Part shown: in pieces, positions 40,420-54,198 of the stretch
How the letters are laid out: every line of letters begins with the position of its first letter
Position numbering within the stretch: the stretch's first letter is position 1
From: Octopus sinensis
Taxonomy: Eukaryota
DNA length: 64,000 bases
Reading direction: 5' to 3'
Assembly (NCBI RefSeq): GCF_006345805.1
Contig: NC_043018.1
Span: 1,550,001 to 1,614,000 of the forward strand
Position numbers and translations under genes: made by a program
Notes under the pieces: model-generated
The model's input: only the letters and a program-made list of their open reading frames with translations
The model's database searches: none
What the model was told of the DNA's origin: nothing

Positions 40420-41000
40420 AAACTGTGCGCTATAGAACTAATGCCATCGCGTTACCTATGACGTAAAAAAGTATTTTCATTGTATCTTGTGTGTGACAGA
40501 AATAACATCACATTGTTGTCTCATAGAATTATTGCCATGGAAATGAGTATAATAGAATTATCTGTTATAGAACTACTCGTTTCTTTAACAACTCTTATCA
40601 TACAGCTATTATCATTGAGCTGCCCGTTTTAGAACTGTTATAGTCTCTCTGTGAGACTTAGAATTATTGTTATAAATCTGTTATTATTACATTGCGTGTC
40701 TGAGGACTGCTGTCATAGGGACACTGTTACAGATCTATTCACGTGTCTTGAAGCTTTTGTAAATGAGGGAGCAAAGAGCTGAGCTAAGTGAATGTCTGAA
40801 AGCTTTTGTCATAGCGTTATCTACCTGTCTCAGAACAGCTGTCACTGGGATATCTGTGTGCCTTAAAGCAATGGCCTCAGCTCATAAGTGTCATAGAGCT
40901 GTTATACATCTATAAGTGTATCATAAAACAGCTGTCGTAAGTTATTATCATGCAACAATAGATGCGTCGTAGGATTAGAGTTACTAGCTTATTAATGAAA
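40420..41000. repeat. Highly degenerate minisatellite (about 14-15-bp motif, AGAACTG(C/T)TGTCAT-like)
   Basis: Recurring TAGAA(C/T)T, CTGCTGTCATAG, CAGCTGTCA and GAGCTGTTAT variants. Confidence 0.5.
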
Positions 41001-41179
41001 ACAGAAACTTATTATAGCAGTAGTTTCATCTTAGACCTGCTGACAGTGTGATATCGTCATATATCTAGACGGGCATCGTTGAATAATTCTATTTCATTGT
41101 CTGTGCGTCATACAAATGTAAATGTAGCGCAAACGACAACAGCGAATGTCTCTATGTGGTGAATTACCTGACAGAAATA

Positions 41180-41401
41180 GCTGGCAGAAACGATAGCACG
41201 CCGGGCGAAATGCTTAGCGGTATTTCGTCTGCCGCTACGTTCTGAGTTCAAGTTCCACCGATGTCGACTTTGCCTTTCATCATTTCGGTTTCGATAAATT
41301 AAGTGCCAGTTCCATACTGGGGTCGATGTAATCGACTTAGTCCCTTTGTCTGTCCTTGTTTGTCCCCTCTATGTTAGCCCCTTGTGGGCAATAAATAAAT
41401 A
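41180..41401 (+). mobile_element. SINE family B1, slightly 5'-truncated
   Basis: 9-bp TSD AGAAATAGC at 41173-41181 and 41402-41410. Confidence 0.88.
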
Positions 41402-41521
41402 AGAAATAGCAGTCACATAATATTCACCAAAATGGACTGGATAACATCGCATTTTTATAAGACTAAATAAACGGAATGGTCATGGCTGGCTCAGGTTCCA
41501 TTTAATATTTGCGTACATAGG

Positions 41522-41748
41522 TGCAGGCGTGGTTGTGGAAAGAAGTATGTTTCCCAATCACTTGGATCCGCGTCCAGTCCCACTGCGTGGCACCTCGGGC
41601 TACTGACTTCTACAATAGCCACGGGCCGACGAAGACCTTGTGCGTGTCGGAAATTGAAAGACGCCCGTCGATATAATAATATATATATTGTGTGTGTGTG
41701 TGTGGTGTGTGTGTGTGTTTGTGTGTGTATGTATGTATGTTATACTTA

Positions 41749-41795
<47 letters not shown>

Positions 41796-42001
41796 GTGTG
41801 TCTGTGTTTGCCCCCGCCTCCACCATTTGACAACTAGTGTTGGTGTGTTTATGTCCTCGTAACCTAGCGGTTCGACAAGGGATTCGATAGAATAAGTACC
41901 TATCTTCATGCAAAAAAGTACTGGGGTCGATACATTTGGCTATAAATTCTTCAAGGCTGTGCTCCACAATAACTACGGTCTTATGACTGGAGCAAGTAAA
42001 T
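41522..42001 (+). mobile_element. SINE family C, older copy with expanded internal microsatellite
   Basis: Colinear with family C; (TG)n and (TA)n tract at about 41670-41795. Confidence 0.8.
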
Positions 42002-42313
42002 GTTGAAAGATGAAAGATGAGGTTTTCCTGGATCTACGCAACAGCACTGGTAACATCTATCCAACCTTGATCTACTGGAAATAATAGTCAAATATGCCAG
42101 AAATCAAACTCAATTTTCTTAAAATAAAAACACAAAAGGTTGCGTGGAGTAAGGAGAGAAACACGTGACATGCACTGAAAACTATCAGAGTATCTACGTG
42201 TATCTTTATGGTCAAAAAGTAAGGATGGGGGCGCTAGATTAGCCGTAGCAATAATTTTGCGATATTTTACATAATTTCTCATACTATTTTTCTTTTCTTT
42301 TACTTTCTGATCC

Positions 42314-42352
42314 GTCTCTTATGATGAAGTGTTTCATTACGAAACGTCAAAC
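42314..42352 (+). other. Decayed hammerhead-like motif resembling family F
   Basis: ATGATGA-A-GTG TTTCA TTAC-GAAACGTC-AAAC; C3 position mutated. Confidence 0.35.
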
Positions 42353-42494
42353 ACAATTCTAATCTATTCTCCATTGTGTTAAAACAATAATAACGATATT
42401 GCTTTTTATTTCTTATTTGTATTAATTTTCAATTCATTATTGACATTCCAACGTATGTTTACACATACACATATATGCACATATATGCCTTCAT

Positions 42495-42533
<39 letters not shown>

Positions 42534-42677
42534 CAAAAGATACATACATATATATATATATAATATATAGATAGATTATTTATATACACATACATACATA
42601 TATATAAATATATATGTACATATACATATATATGTATCTACACATATACACACATATCACATATAAATATATTATGC

Positions 42678-42737
<60 letters not shown>

Positions 42738-42740
42738 ATA

Positions 42741-42779
<39 letters not shown>

Positions 42780-43197
42780 ATATATGTATATAAATATATA
42801 TATTATATATATAATATATATATATATACTATATATATACATATACATATATTGATGCATGTACATGTGTGTTAGGGGAGATTTAGTGGAGTGTGTGTTG
42901 TGTCCGATTGCACATATGTGATATGAATGGAATTACAAATTACACTGAATACTAAACTATAATTAAATGTTGCTCGCCATTCCTTAGAAGACTGTTATTA
43001 TGGGAAATGTTTGTAGACGTTTGTTGTTGTCATTGCTGTTGTTGTTTTATGTAATTCTTCTTCTCCTTGCTCTCCACATAATGGAGCGCCGAAAATGTGA
43101 GAGATGTTTCATTTATTTTAATAAATGAAATATTTATACTTAGTTATTTGTGTTCCTCGCGAGGAAGAAAAAAATGTTATGTGTGTGTGTGTGTGTA

Positions 43198-43230
<33 letters not shown>

Positions 43231-43468
43231 ATACATATATGCATCAGTGTGTGTGTGTGTGTATGCGTCTGTATTTATATATATGCACAAATATATTTAG
43301 TATGCAAGGTAGATAGTTATAGAATATATAGAGAGGTTGGTAGATAGATATGTCTATATGTAAATAATAGATATGCATATATATATATATATATATATAA
43401 TATTATATATATATATACATACATTATATATCTGTATATATATATATATATATATACAAATATATGAT

Positions 43469-43501
<33 letters not shown>

Positions 43502-43641
43502 CTGTGTGTATATATATACAAATATATGAGTATATATAATATATATACATATATAAATATATATAATATATATATAATATATATATAATATCTACATATA
43601 TACATATATATTATATATATATATCTATATATATATAATAT

Positions 43642-43672
<31 letters not shown>

Positions 43673-44559
43673 ATATATATTATATGCATATATTTATATA
43701 TATAGTAGTATGTAGAATCACGTGAATATAAATATAAATTGATAGTTTTTTTTCATAAGCGCCTAAATGTGTATATTAAGATAGAAATAAGATGATAATT
43801 TATTTTCGAATGCAGAGACGACGTCAGAACACCCAAAACATTGGGTAAATTACTCTGCGATCGAGACTAACTTATCATCTTATTTGTATGCATATATGTA
43901 TGTTTATGTGTATGTATATAACAAGACACTACTATCAACACGTAGTTAAGAGATATATAGATTCACGTTCATAGACTTCGCATATTCATAAAAATGAGAT
44001 GAAGCTTATATAACTATATAGGTTTATATTTTGTTTTTGTTCTTAATCTTTTATTCTGAATCTCCTTCTTTTTCAAGTGACTGCAATTAAAATGTGCTCC
44101 ACCCCTCCGCGCCAGGGACCGGCATCATCCATTATTTTTAGTCGAACCTGAATAATTTGTTATCTATATCTACTAATAGAATCGACAATACTCGTCCTTT
44201 TCTCATATAAATTCGTGTTGAAATTCTCCAAAATGTATCTTCCGATACGGCCCGTTGTTCAGTTAACTGCAGGGATAAGCAAGCAAGCTCTGCATTGGGA
44301 AACAATAACAGATGTGAGTGAAATATGTACACTAATCCCTAATATGTACACTAATTGATATGAAATGTGTTGTGCTCTGTGTAGGAGCATGCTGAATGTA
44401 CAGTTCATGGTGATCTTTAAGCTCCTTGTCATAGTGCTGGGTTTTTATCTACACAAAGTAGAATATTCTCTATCTATGCCTTGAGAAAAGCCAGAGCAGT
44501 TATAGAGATGCACTTGCAGATTTATGACGAAAATATATTGCGTGGAGTCCTAAGATGAA

Positions 44560-44830
44560 TCCATTTGACTGTAAACGTTTTCGACTGTAGAATATCCGAA
44601 TGCTTGATAACTTGAAGCGTGTATCACAGGCGCTTCAGTTTCAGTCTAGTTGCTTCCATGTCAAGTAGCCTTCTGTATGATCAGTAACAAGGGACCCAGA
44701 GTTCTTCAATTCACCAATCTCTTGTGTGGCATCACAATATCGAAAATGGCATGTGACTTTCGTCCTCACTGACGATCGTGTAGTCAATCTCTGTTACCTT
44801 GCAAAACTGATCTACTTTGACTGTATCGTA
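44560..44830 (-). pseudogene. Possible highly decayed RTE-type RT fragment
   Basis: Frame-hopping pieces RLTTRSSVRTKV, IGELKNSGSLVT, KLKRL, KLSSIRIF occur in RTE order (GLTISxKKTxV, FKYLGS, LKKRLW, KLSTKIRxY). Confidence 0.4.
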
Positions 44831-46680
44831 CTCAAAATATGTGAAGAAGCCTTGTACATCAAAACCATTATAAATTTCGAGTGCAATATACTTATTTTAA
44901 TCATACTCAGAAAGATACAACCACCACTGGTGGTAGGGCCTCTCTGTTGCATAGGATGGAAGCTATGGATTACGATATCCAATATCATATACATAAGGGG
45001 AAATCTTCCTAATGTTTTTTGTCAACATTCCTTCTGAAATTGTAAATTCTTTTAAATATATATATATATATATACCGTAAAAGCAATTAAGATTCAAGTG
45101 AGTTCTTGAATTCACATGAATGCGGTACTTAACTTAGATGCTCCAGAAATCTATATGGTATTAACCATAAGATAATACGGGGTGATTATATAAACAAGAA
45201 AAAAGCAACATATATAATATTATATATATAATAGTATATATATATAGATTATATATATTATATAATATTTACGTGTGTTCCATTTCAGCCTTCTACATAT
45301 ATATATGTTCTTGTCCGCACGATTGATAAAAATGACTAATACGGTGAAGTCGTGACAGATTTTTCAAGCGAATGATGGATGGTAGACTTGTCTAAAAAAC
45401 AAGCAGAAGGGACCTCCGGAACTTAGGGACCATAGGCCTGCCCTGATGGTGGGTATTACTAAATTTAGAGAAATTCATAAATACAACTCATAATGCTTTC
45501 CGGGAGTTTCTGATGTCTGATTCTAACATTATGTACCTGCAATAGTCTAGATCTACCTACTTTAATTTAACAGGACATATAGGTCTCCTTCCCTTGCCTG
45601 TATGATGAATATCATACGTGCGATTGATGTATTTTGGTTAGAGTTTTTAGATGCCATTGTTGGAATCATTTAAGAGGGAAGAAGTGTGACCATTGTTTAG
45701 GTTCCTTCATAGATTGGATACAATATGAAGGAATAGTCTCATTGAAAGTACAAAGATCTGTAGACAGCTTTAGACTAGACGAAAGAGCCTGATTCCTCTG
45801 CAATTCTTAGATTGATAAACAACATATTTCTTTAAGAAACGTTCAGACATCCATATCACACACACACATACACACACACGTGTGTATATGTGTGTATATA
45901 AGTGCTAACACAGTGTGACAGAGATACGGAAAGACAAAAGGTAGTTTAACCAAGCATATAAAACAGCTCGTAGCGTAAATATTACCATTAGGAAATATTA
46001 CTGCCAACAGGAATAAAAAATGTCCTTTTCGCACTACGGTAAATTAACTAATCTAGAAAGTGGGTGGTTATTTATGAATATTTAGGAAGTTATTTCAGAT
46101 ACTGTAGTAGTTATATTCTGCACAAATGATATATCTCTCCATGGTATTTCTACAGTGAAGGGTGTTCCAGATGATATGCCATTTGTTAAACAAATAGTGA
46201 CGGTTTGTTGATATAAATTGGTTGCAACAAGAAAAGACACATGCATAGCGGATATAATACACGTGTACGAGTCGATTGCGGAAAGTATTGTATTGGAGTT
46301 TCATTTCTCCCCGACTCTCTTCCTATCTCTTTCTTCTTGTCACCTTGTCTGTCTGTCTATCTGTCTAATTCTCACACTTTCTTTTTCTCTCGCTCACCCT
46401 CTCTCTCTCTCCGTGCCATTGTAAATATGTATATGTATGTAGGTATACGAGTGTACTGGCACACACTAACAAACACCACATGCATAATCAAGGATGCACG
46501 TATACATACATACATACATACATACATGTATACATACGCACATCTGTAGGGATATATTTAAGTATGTGTGTACAGTTTCCTGCCTTTCAGGGCGTATATG
46601 ATTAATGAAGAGAAAATGAGCTGCTGAGTCTAGACCTGGAAGACGAAATTGAAAGAAACAATGCAAACGTACACACACAG

Positions 46681-46750
<70 letters not shown>

Positions 46751-46881
46751 AGCATATATATACATACATATAAATATATATACATATATATATATATTAT
46801 ACATATACATATATATATATATATATATAATATATATATATATACATATAAATATATATACGTATATATATATAATTATAT

Positions 46882-46914
<33 letters not shown>

Positions 46915-47074
46915 TAATATATATGTATATATATATAGATATATTATATAGAAAAGACGACACGAAGAGCAAAAAACATTCTTTCATTTTATTTTAGGTC
47001 GAAACATTAATTGCAATGTGTAGATTTCCCTTGTCTCCTTCCAAATAAAGTAACATATATACACATATACACAC

Positions 47075-47113
<39 letters not shown>

Positions 47114-47929
47114 ATATATATATATATATTATGGGGGTATATGTGTATGTATATATAGATAGATATATGCACATATATAATATGTATGTAGGTTTGTACG
47201 TATGTTCTTTCGTTCTTGACGGATATTATTTATTTATTATATAAAATTAGACTCTATCGAGAGGGGAAATTATTTTCTTTATATTTTTATTACTGTGTTT
47301 TAGTGGATTCTAAAGTCTCGTAGATTTATTTCCTCTGCTTTTTATTACGTGAATATTTGTTTTTGAAAATTACAAAGCAAAAGGAAAGATGGTGGCATTT
47401 TTTAGCTTTTGATTTTATCTTTGTGAAATGTTTCTTTTGTCGCAGTAAAGATAGTGGGCATAATTTATTATATTTTATATCCTTCGATTAATTTTGATAT
47501 TCTTCTGGAAAGATATCAAGGAAAAGGTGGCCTAATGACTGCACAATTCTACAACAAGAAGTGCCTGCAAGAAAACGATTAGATTTAATATGCTAGAAAT
47601 AGAAGTAAAATCTTACTCAAATGCTGACTCTCTAATCTTAGGAAATCGAAGTGTGTCAACACAGATTCCCGTTGTCTTTTCAAAATCCTTTCAAATTGAG
47701 AAAGAAGGTCTGAATATTTGGGAAGTGACGCGTTTAGTCGATCACATAGATCACAATGATCAGCTTGCATTGATTTCATCGACCCTTAAATAATTAACCT
47801 CAATTGAATTTGAATCCAGATGTGAGATAATTTCTCGTTTGAAATACAACAGAATGTTGGCATATGGAAAGCTTATGATTGCAGGTTTACTGGGCCATGG
47901 CTAATTTGCTTCACACAGAAACACAACTA

Positions 47930-48189
47930 ACATCAAGAACCTTAAACAATCCTTATTCAAAATTTTTTTTGTGTAGGATGGTCTACTCGAACAGAAGAAA
48001 ATTTTAACTGGGCCCCACCTGCAACATGATGCGTTGTTTACCTTGATATGAGATCACCATGTCGCGCACATATGGTTGTGATGCATGCGCTCAGTGTACC
48101 CTTATCAGACGGGTAGTCATGATGGGTATACTGGACTTCGTATATTTTACCCCGGTGTCAATTTGATGATATGCACTGCTCTCTCATCC
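47930..48189 (+). mobile_element. Family E 5'-truncated copy ending in (AAT)n
   Basis: Reverse-complement match to 34431-34690; followed by (AAT)n(GAA)n. Confidence 0.85.
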
Positions 48190-48414
48190 AATAATAATAA
48201 TAAGAAGAAGAAGAAGAAGAAGAAATAGAAGAAGAATAATAATAATAATAATAATACTAATACTAATAATAATAATAATAATAATAAGAAATAGAAGAAG
48301 AAGAAGAAAGAAGAAGAAGAAGAAGAAGAAGAAGAAGAAGAAGAAGAAGAAGAAGAAGAAGAAGAAGAAGAAGAAGAAGAAGAAGAAGAAGAAGAAGAAG
48401 GAGAAGAAGAAGAA

Positions 48415-49356
48415 TGAGGGGGTAACTGAAGCTCTCTCATTCAGTGGTGTTGTATGTTGACACTGTCATGAAAAAAATTGAGGAGGAACAAACTCAGAAA
48501 TACCTCTGAGTAAATGAGGGATCGGGTATTCCACCTGCAAGTATGAAAAGGAGGATCAGGCAGGAGTGTTACAGGAGAGTTCCAGCAGTGCTAAAATTCG
48601 AGTTAAATGCACGCAACAAGGTGTTAGCTTTGAATCCCTTAGCAGTTCCTCTTGTTATTTATAGTTTCAATGTGTTGAACTGGAATATGAGCGAAATAAT
48701 GAAGACAAACACGAAAATCTGTAAGCTGCTGACTTGCAATAAGATATACCGGCCAAAGGTAGACGCAGATCGTTTTTAACCTACCAAGATCTCATTGTGG
48801 CTTGATCCAATCTGAACTCTCCTACAAAACTACTATAAGGTTGTCCCAAAAGTTCGTAGAAAGTCTTGGAAAATAATGGTCTTTATTTTGAGGAATAATT
48901 TTGGTTGTTTTTGTTAGTACTTGGCGAGTAAAAATTCAATTTTCGCAAGTGTTTACGAACTTTTGGGACAACCTAATATAATCCGACTTTCAAAATATCT
49001 TGAAACATCAAACGACTGGAACATAAAGCTTGTCGAAAACAATGAATGACGTAAGAAGCTTCGTTCTGATATGAAAGAAAGCAAAATATTTTCAAGTGAG
49101 TTTATGCATAATACCCAAGTTGAACCAACATGATGAAATCGCAGCAACTGTAGTTCCAAAGAAGGTGAAATCAAAAGCAAAGCAAAATGCACTTCAACAG
49201 TTGGCTGATAGGTGGGAACGAACCTCTGCATGGCAAATACGTGGCCTGTCGTAAAAGAGCTGAGGTAGATCAGATGCGCACCCATCAGTAGGTACGGAGC
49301 TCAGAGCTAAAGGCACATAGTAAAGGCTTTATCTTGGCTGCTCAAGATCAGAGCTT
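48415..49356 (+). pseudogene. Decayed R4/Dong-like non-LTR retrotransposon fragment
   Basis: KYL*VNEG...ECYRRV..VLKFELNARNKVLA...PKVDADRF..LPR; later QQLADRW..PLHGKY...THQ...GFILAAQDQS; starts directly after an (AAT)n(GAA)n tract. Confidence 0.8.
48836..48976. mobile_element. 141-bp mariner-type MITE (copy 2) inserted in the Dong-like ORF
   Basis: TA TSD; near-identical to 6752-6892; removing it restores YKTT(I)..RLSKYLE. Confidence 0.92.
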
Positions 49357-49419
49357 CTTTTTTCCGGAACGATCGAGCCAATGTGATGTAAAATGGTCTA
49401 GGCCCAAAGAGCCGATACT

Positions 49420-49739
49420 GCCCTAGTGCGAAACTGGTACTTTATTAATCGACCCCGAAAGGATGAAAGGCAAAGTTGACCTCGGCGGAATTTGAACTCA
49501 GAACGTAACGACAGACGAAATACCTATTTCTTTACTACCCAGAAGGGGCTAAACACAGAGAGGATAGACAAACGGATTAAGTCGATTATATCGACCCCAG
49601 TGCGAAACTGGTACTTTATTTATCGATCCCGAAAGGATGAACGGCAAAGTTGACCTCGGCGTCATGTGAACTCAGAACGTAACGACAGACAAAATACCGC
49701 TAAGCATTTCGCCCGGCGCGCTAACGTGTCTGCCAGCTC
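49420..49739 (-). mobile_element. SINE family B dimer
   Basis: Two cores; same AAAGAAATAG|GTATTTCGTC junction (49523/49524) as 7824/7825. Confidence 0.87.
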
Positions 49740-50173
49740 AAATAACGGTCTCCGTTAGGCTGTTGTTAATCACTGCTCTACATACTACCAAGCGCGCAAC
49801 AATAACAGCAACATTATACATATAGACTATTACTATTACTATATAGACTATTACTCTTGTTGCTATCAATACATAACTGAAATATTGTTGAAATTATTCT
49901 GTTCACCCGGCTAATTATCAGATCTAAATTACATAAATTATTCAAGATTTCATGTTTACCAAACTGAAAATTTCCTGCATGTTATTATTACAAAATTGTC
50001 AGAGGTGTGCGTATGTTTAATTAAGGAGATGAGAAGAGGGATTGATTAGTAAGAAGTGCAGGTCTATATGAATACTGGCAAATGTAGTGTGCTAGCAAAC
50101 ACCGAGAAGAGGAACAGAGTCAGAAATGTAATTAACAGTGGAAAATATTTTCTATTGCGTATATTTTTTTTAA

Positions 50174-50394
50174 CCCTTTAGCATTCAGATTATGCTGTCA
50201 ATTGTAATGCTTATTAACTTATATTGTTTTGAATTAAACATGTATTTTCATGTAGCTTCAAGATTTCGATGATGCAATTGTTTATTTGTAAGAATGACAT
50301 TATAGGGTCTGTATGAGAGGCTGGATCTGGCCAATTTGAACATAAAACAAATAGAACATTTCAACCGGATATGGCCGGTTTAAATGCTAAAGGT
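50174..50394. mobile_element. piggyBac-type MITE
   Basis: TTAA at 50170-50173 and 50395-50398; TIR CCCTTTAGCATT / AATGCTAAAGGT. Confidence 0.85.
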
Positions 50395-50405
50395 TTAAAC
50401 TATGC

Positions 50406-50801
50406 AGGAGTGGCTGTGTGGTAAGTAGCATGCTAACAAACCACATGGTTCCGGGTTCAGTCCCACTGCGTGGCATCTTGGGCAAGTGTCTTCTGCTATA
50501 GCCTCGGGCCGACCAAAGCCTTGTGAGTGGATTTGGTAGACGGAAACTGAAAGAAGCCCGTCGTATATATGTGTATATATATGCGTGTGTGCGTTTGTGT
50601 GTCTGTGTTTGTCCCCCTAGCATTGCTTCACAACCGATGCTGGTGTGTTTACATCCACGTTACCTAGCGGGAGACCGATAGAATAAATAAGTACTGTGCT
50701 TACAAAAGAATAACTCCCGGGGTCGCGTTGCTCGATTAAAGGCGGTGCTCCAGCATGGCCGCAGTCAAATGCCTGAAACAAGTAAAAGAGTAAAAGAGAG
50801 A
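50406..50801 (+). mobile_element. SINE family C
   Basis: Full head-body-tail. Confidence 0.92.
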
Positions 50802-50896
50802 GTGAAAAATATTTTCTATTGCGTATATTTTTTTAACTACTTTTATTATTCTGATGATGAGCCTCTTGTTATTGATATCGTTGTTGTTTAATCCCA

Positions 50897-51282
50897 GTGG
50901 AGGCGCAATGGCCCAGTGGTTAGGGCAGCGGACTCGCGGTCATAGGATCGCGGTTTCGATTCCCAGATCGGGCGTTGTGAGTGTTTATTGAGCGAAAGCA
51001 CCTAAAGCTCCACGAGGCTTTGGCAGGGGATGGTGGTGATCCCTGCTGTACTCTTTCACCACAACTTTCTCTCACTCTTACTTCCTGTTTCTGTTGTACC
51101 TGTATTTCAAAGGGCCGGCCTTGTTACTCTCTGTGTCACGCTGAATATCCGCGAGAACTACGTTAAGGGTACACGTGTCTGTGGAGTGCTCAGCCATTTA
51201 CACGTTAATTTCACGAGCAGGCTGTTCCGTTGATTCGGATCAACCGGAACCCTCGTCGTCGTAACCGACGGAGTGCTTCCCA
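50897..51282 (+). mobile_element. SINE family A, tail type 1
   Basis: TSD TTAATCCCA(GT) at 50888-50898 and 51283-51293. Confidence 0.93.
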
Positions 51283-51423
51283 TTAATCCCAGTTTATTTC
51301 TAATTGCTTAAGCGTATGATTCCAATATGCTCATTGCCTTTAATTTAATCCAGTGAATGTTGTATCCCGATGTAGACTATTAGTTTATCTTCTTTACATT
51401 ATTGCTAATATATTAAGATGGTG

Positions 51424-51625
51424 AAAGCGGCGAGTTGGCAGAACCGTTAGCATGTCGGGGAAAAGTACGGTATTTCGTCTGTCGTTATGATCTGAGTTCA
51501 AATTCGATTTTGCTTTTCATCGTTTCGGGGTCGATAAAATAAGTACCAGCTAAACATTGGTTTCGATGTAATCGACTGAAATGTATGCCCGAATATACTG
51601 GACTTGTGTCAAAATTTGAAAGCAG
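51424..51625 (+). mobile_element. SINE family B2
   Basis: 15-bp TSD TATATTAAGATGGTG at 51409-51423 and 51626-51640. Confidence 0.85.
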
Positions 51626-52008
51626 TATATTAAGATGGTGGCAATTGAGAGATATTTTGGTTGCAATGAAAATGAACATTCTCCTAAGCAAACTATAACA
51701 TTCAGGTCTATGTTATAGAGTACAAAGCTGCGACTCTTTCCCAACACTGTATTGCCGAGTCTGAGACAAAGAGAGAGAGAAAAAAAAACCAAGATTGTTA
51801 ATAAATGTTTCGACTCTGTGAATATGGAAACAAAATTTTGAATATAAGTAGGAGCATGGGTGGAAGATGCTTGCTTCCCAACCACGTGATACCTGGTTCA
51901 GTTCCACTCCGTGGTATTTTGGGCACATGTCTTCTACTATAGCCTGGGGCCGACCAATGCCTTGTTAGTGGAATTAATAGACAAACAGAAAGAAGCCGTT
52001 TGTATATA

Positions 52009-52200
52009 ACCACGTCTGGATCGCTGGTGATTTTTTACTGCGTCTCCCTTTTCTATTGGACAGTAACCTGTTTCTGAAGAAGAGATTTGCTCGAAACGTT
52101 AAACCACCTTTCTTTACTTCGTGTCTGCTAATACTTTACATGTACCACCTCCTCGCATTTCTGTTTTTTTCTGTTTATTATTGGTTTTGTTGGTTTTTTT
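52009..52200 (+). mobile_element. Family F-related element with canonical-core hammerhead-like motif
   Basis: GTTT-CTGAAGA-A-GAG ATTTG CTC-GAAACGTT-AAAC at 52070-52104. Confidence 0.6.
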
Positions 52201-52537
52201 GGGATTTACTATTCACCTACCGCACACTCACACGGACCCCTGGCCTTCCGACTGACTTTGGAGGACCTAATTCGCGGAATTATTTCTACCATCGGGTTAC
52301 ATTACTTTGTTCATTCGAAATACTCCATAATTTTTTTTTTTTTGGAGAGGAAAATATTGACAAAAGTTGTAGTTCCTGCTTACTTGATTAATTACACTCT
52401 CTCATCAAAACGAGCAAGCTGAAACTTCGAAGTTACTGTCAACGTTTTGTATAACTGAATATTTATCTGCCGTTGTGTGCGCGTCTGTTTCTGTATACGT
52501 GGGCCTGTGTGCGTGTATTCATAGACGCATGGGTATA

Positions 52538-52756
52538 TACTCTTTACTCTTTTACTTGTTTCAGTCATTTGACTGTGGCCATGCTGGAGCACCACCTTTA
52601 ATCGAGCAACTCGACCCCGGGACTTATTCTTTTGTAAGCCCAGTACTTATTGTATCGGTCTCTTATGCCGAACCACTAAGTAACGGGGACATAAACACAC
52701 CAGCGTCGGTTGTCAAACAATGTTAGGGGAGAAACACAGACACACAAACACACACA

Positions 52757-52799
<43 letters not shown>

Positions 52800-52957
52800 G
52801 ACGGGCTTCTTTCAGTTTCCGTCTACCAAATCCACTCACAAGGCTTTGGTCGGCCTGAGGCTATAGTAGAAGACACTTGCCCAAGGCGCCACGCAGTGGG
52901 ACTGAACCCGGAACCATGTGGTTGGTTAGCAAGCTACTTACCACACAGCCACTCCTG
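52538..52957 (-). mobile_element. SINE family C, full length
   Basis: Complete reverse copy with internal (TA)n. Confidence 0.92.
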
Positions 52958-53470
52958 CGCCACTGTAAATATACAACTATTTACTTCAGACAAATGCAGG
53001 CATATATATAAAAGTTTGACATATAATCACGTACCGATTCGTTTCTATATACATTAATGCACGCTTACGTACATGCGGACTTGTTGATTTGTAAAAGTGA
53101 AAAAGATATTTCTTTATTTCAGTCTTTCAATCGACGAAATAACGGTTGCCGAGGCTAAAATATTTTACATAGCATATATTATATTATGGATACTTCAAAA
53201 ATCTTTTGCTGCATCATTGCATAATTATAGTCTTAATGGGTTAAAAGAAAACGAAATCACAGCCAACAGCCATCTATTATATTATATATTTCAGTATCAA
53301 TACATGAGACAGTGAAAGTTTTACTCATTATTTTGGTATAACTTTGTCAATATACTTGCGTATGTATGTGTTTGAATGGCAGTTTCGGTTTCGGGTAATG
53401 TGTATATGCCTTTCATATGCATACATACATACATACATACAAACATACATACATATGTATGTATCTATAC

Positions 53471-53516
<46 letters not shown>

Positions 53517-53691
53517 TTATATCCATATTTGTAAATATATATAAGCATGCCTACATATATATATATATATATATATGCATATATATTAAACGCACACACA
53601 AACACATATATATGTATAAACGCACATATATAGTAACATATATACCTAAATAAGTATATTCTTACATACGTAGTTCATATATGTATATATA

Positions 53692-53739
<48 letters not shown>

Positions 53740-53784
53740 TAGACAGATAGACAGATAGACAGATAGACAGATAGATAGATAGAC

Positions 53785-53893
<109 letters not shown>

Positions 53894-54198
53894 TAGATAT
53901 ATAAATATGTAAAGAATAAAAATTATACTTTTCCATTCATTAAACTTGAATTATTAGAAATGAAGGGGAAAAGTAAGAAAGCAGATAAATCAAAAACAGA
54001 AACATAAAAATATTTTTATCTTTTCTTTTAAGTCGTTGGAAACAAATATAATGAATTTCCTATCGCTATTAAAACGTATTATTTTGCTTTTCCATTGATC
54101 TCACCTCGATAAACAAACATGGATTTCCAGTTTCGAGGTTCGAATGAATTCCATCAGTATATTCACAAAATGATGATGCATGTTTATATATATTTATA

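Noticed and set aside
44735-44890. Stop-free minus-strand stretch YIALEIYNGFDVQGFF... as a host exon
   Set aside because: Weak acceptor, and overlapping frames are better explained as decayed RTE RT sequence.
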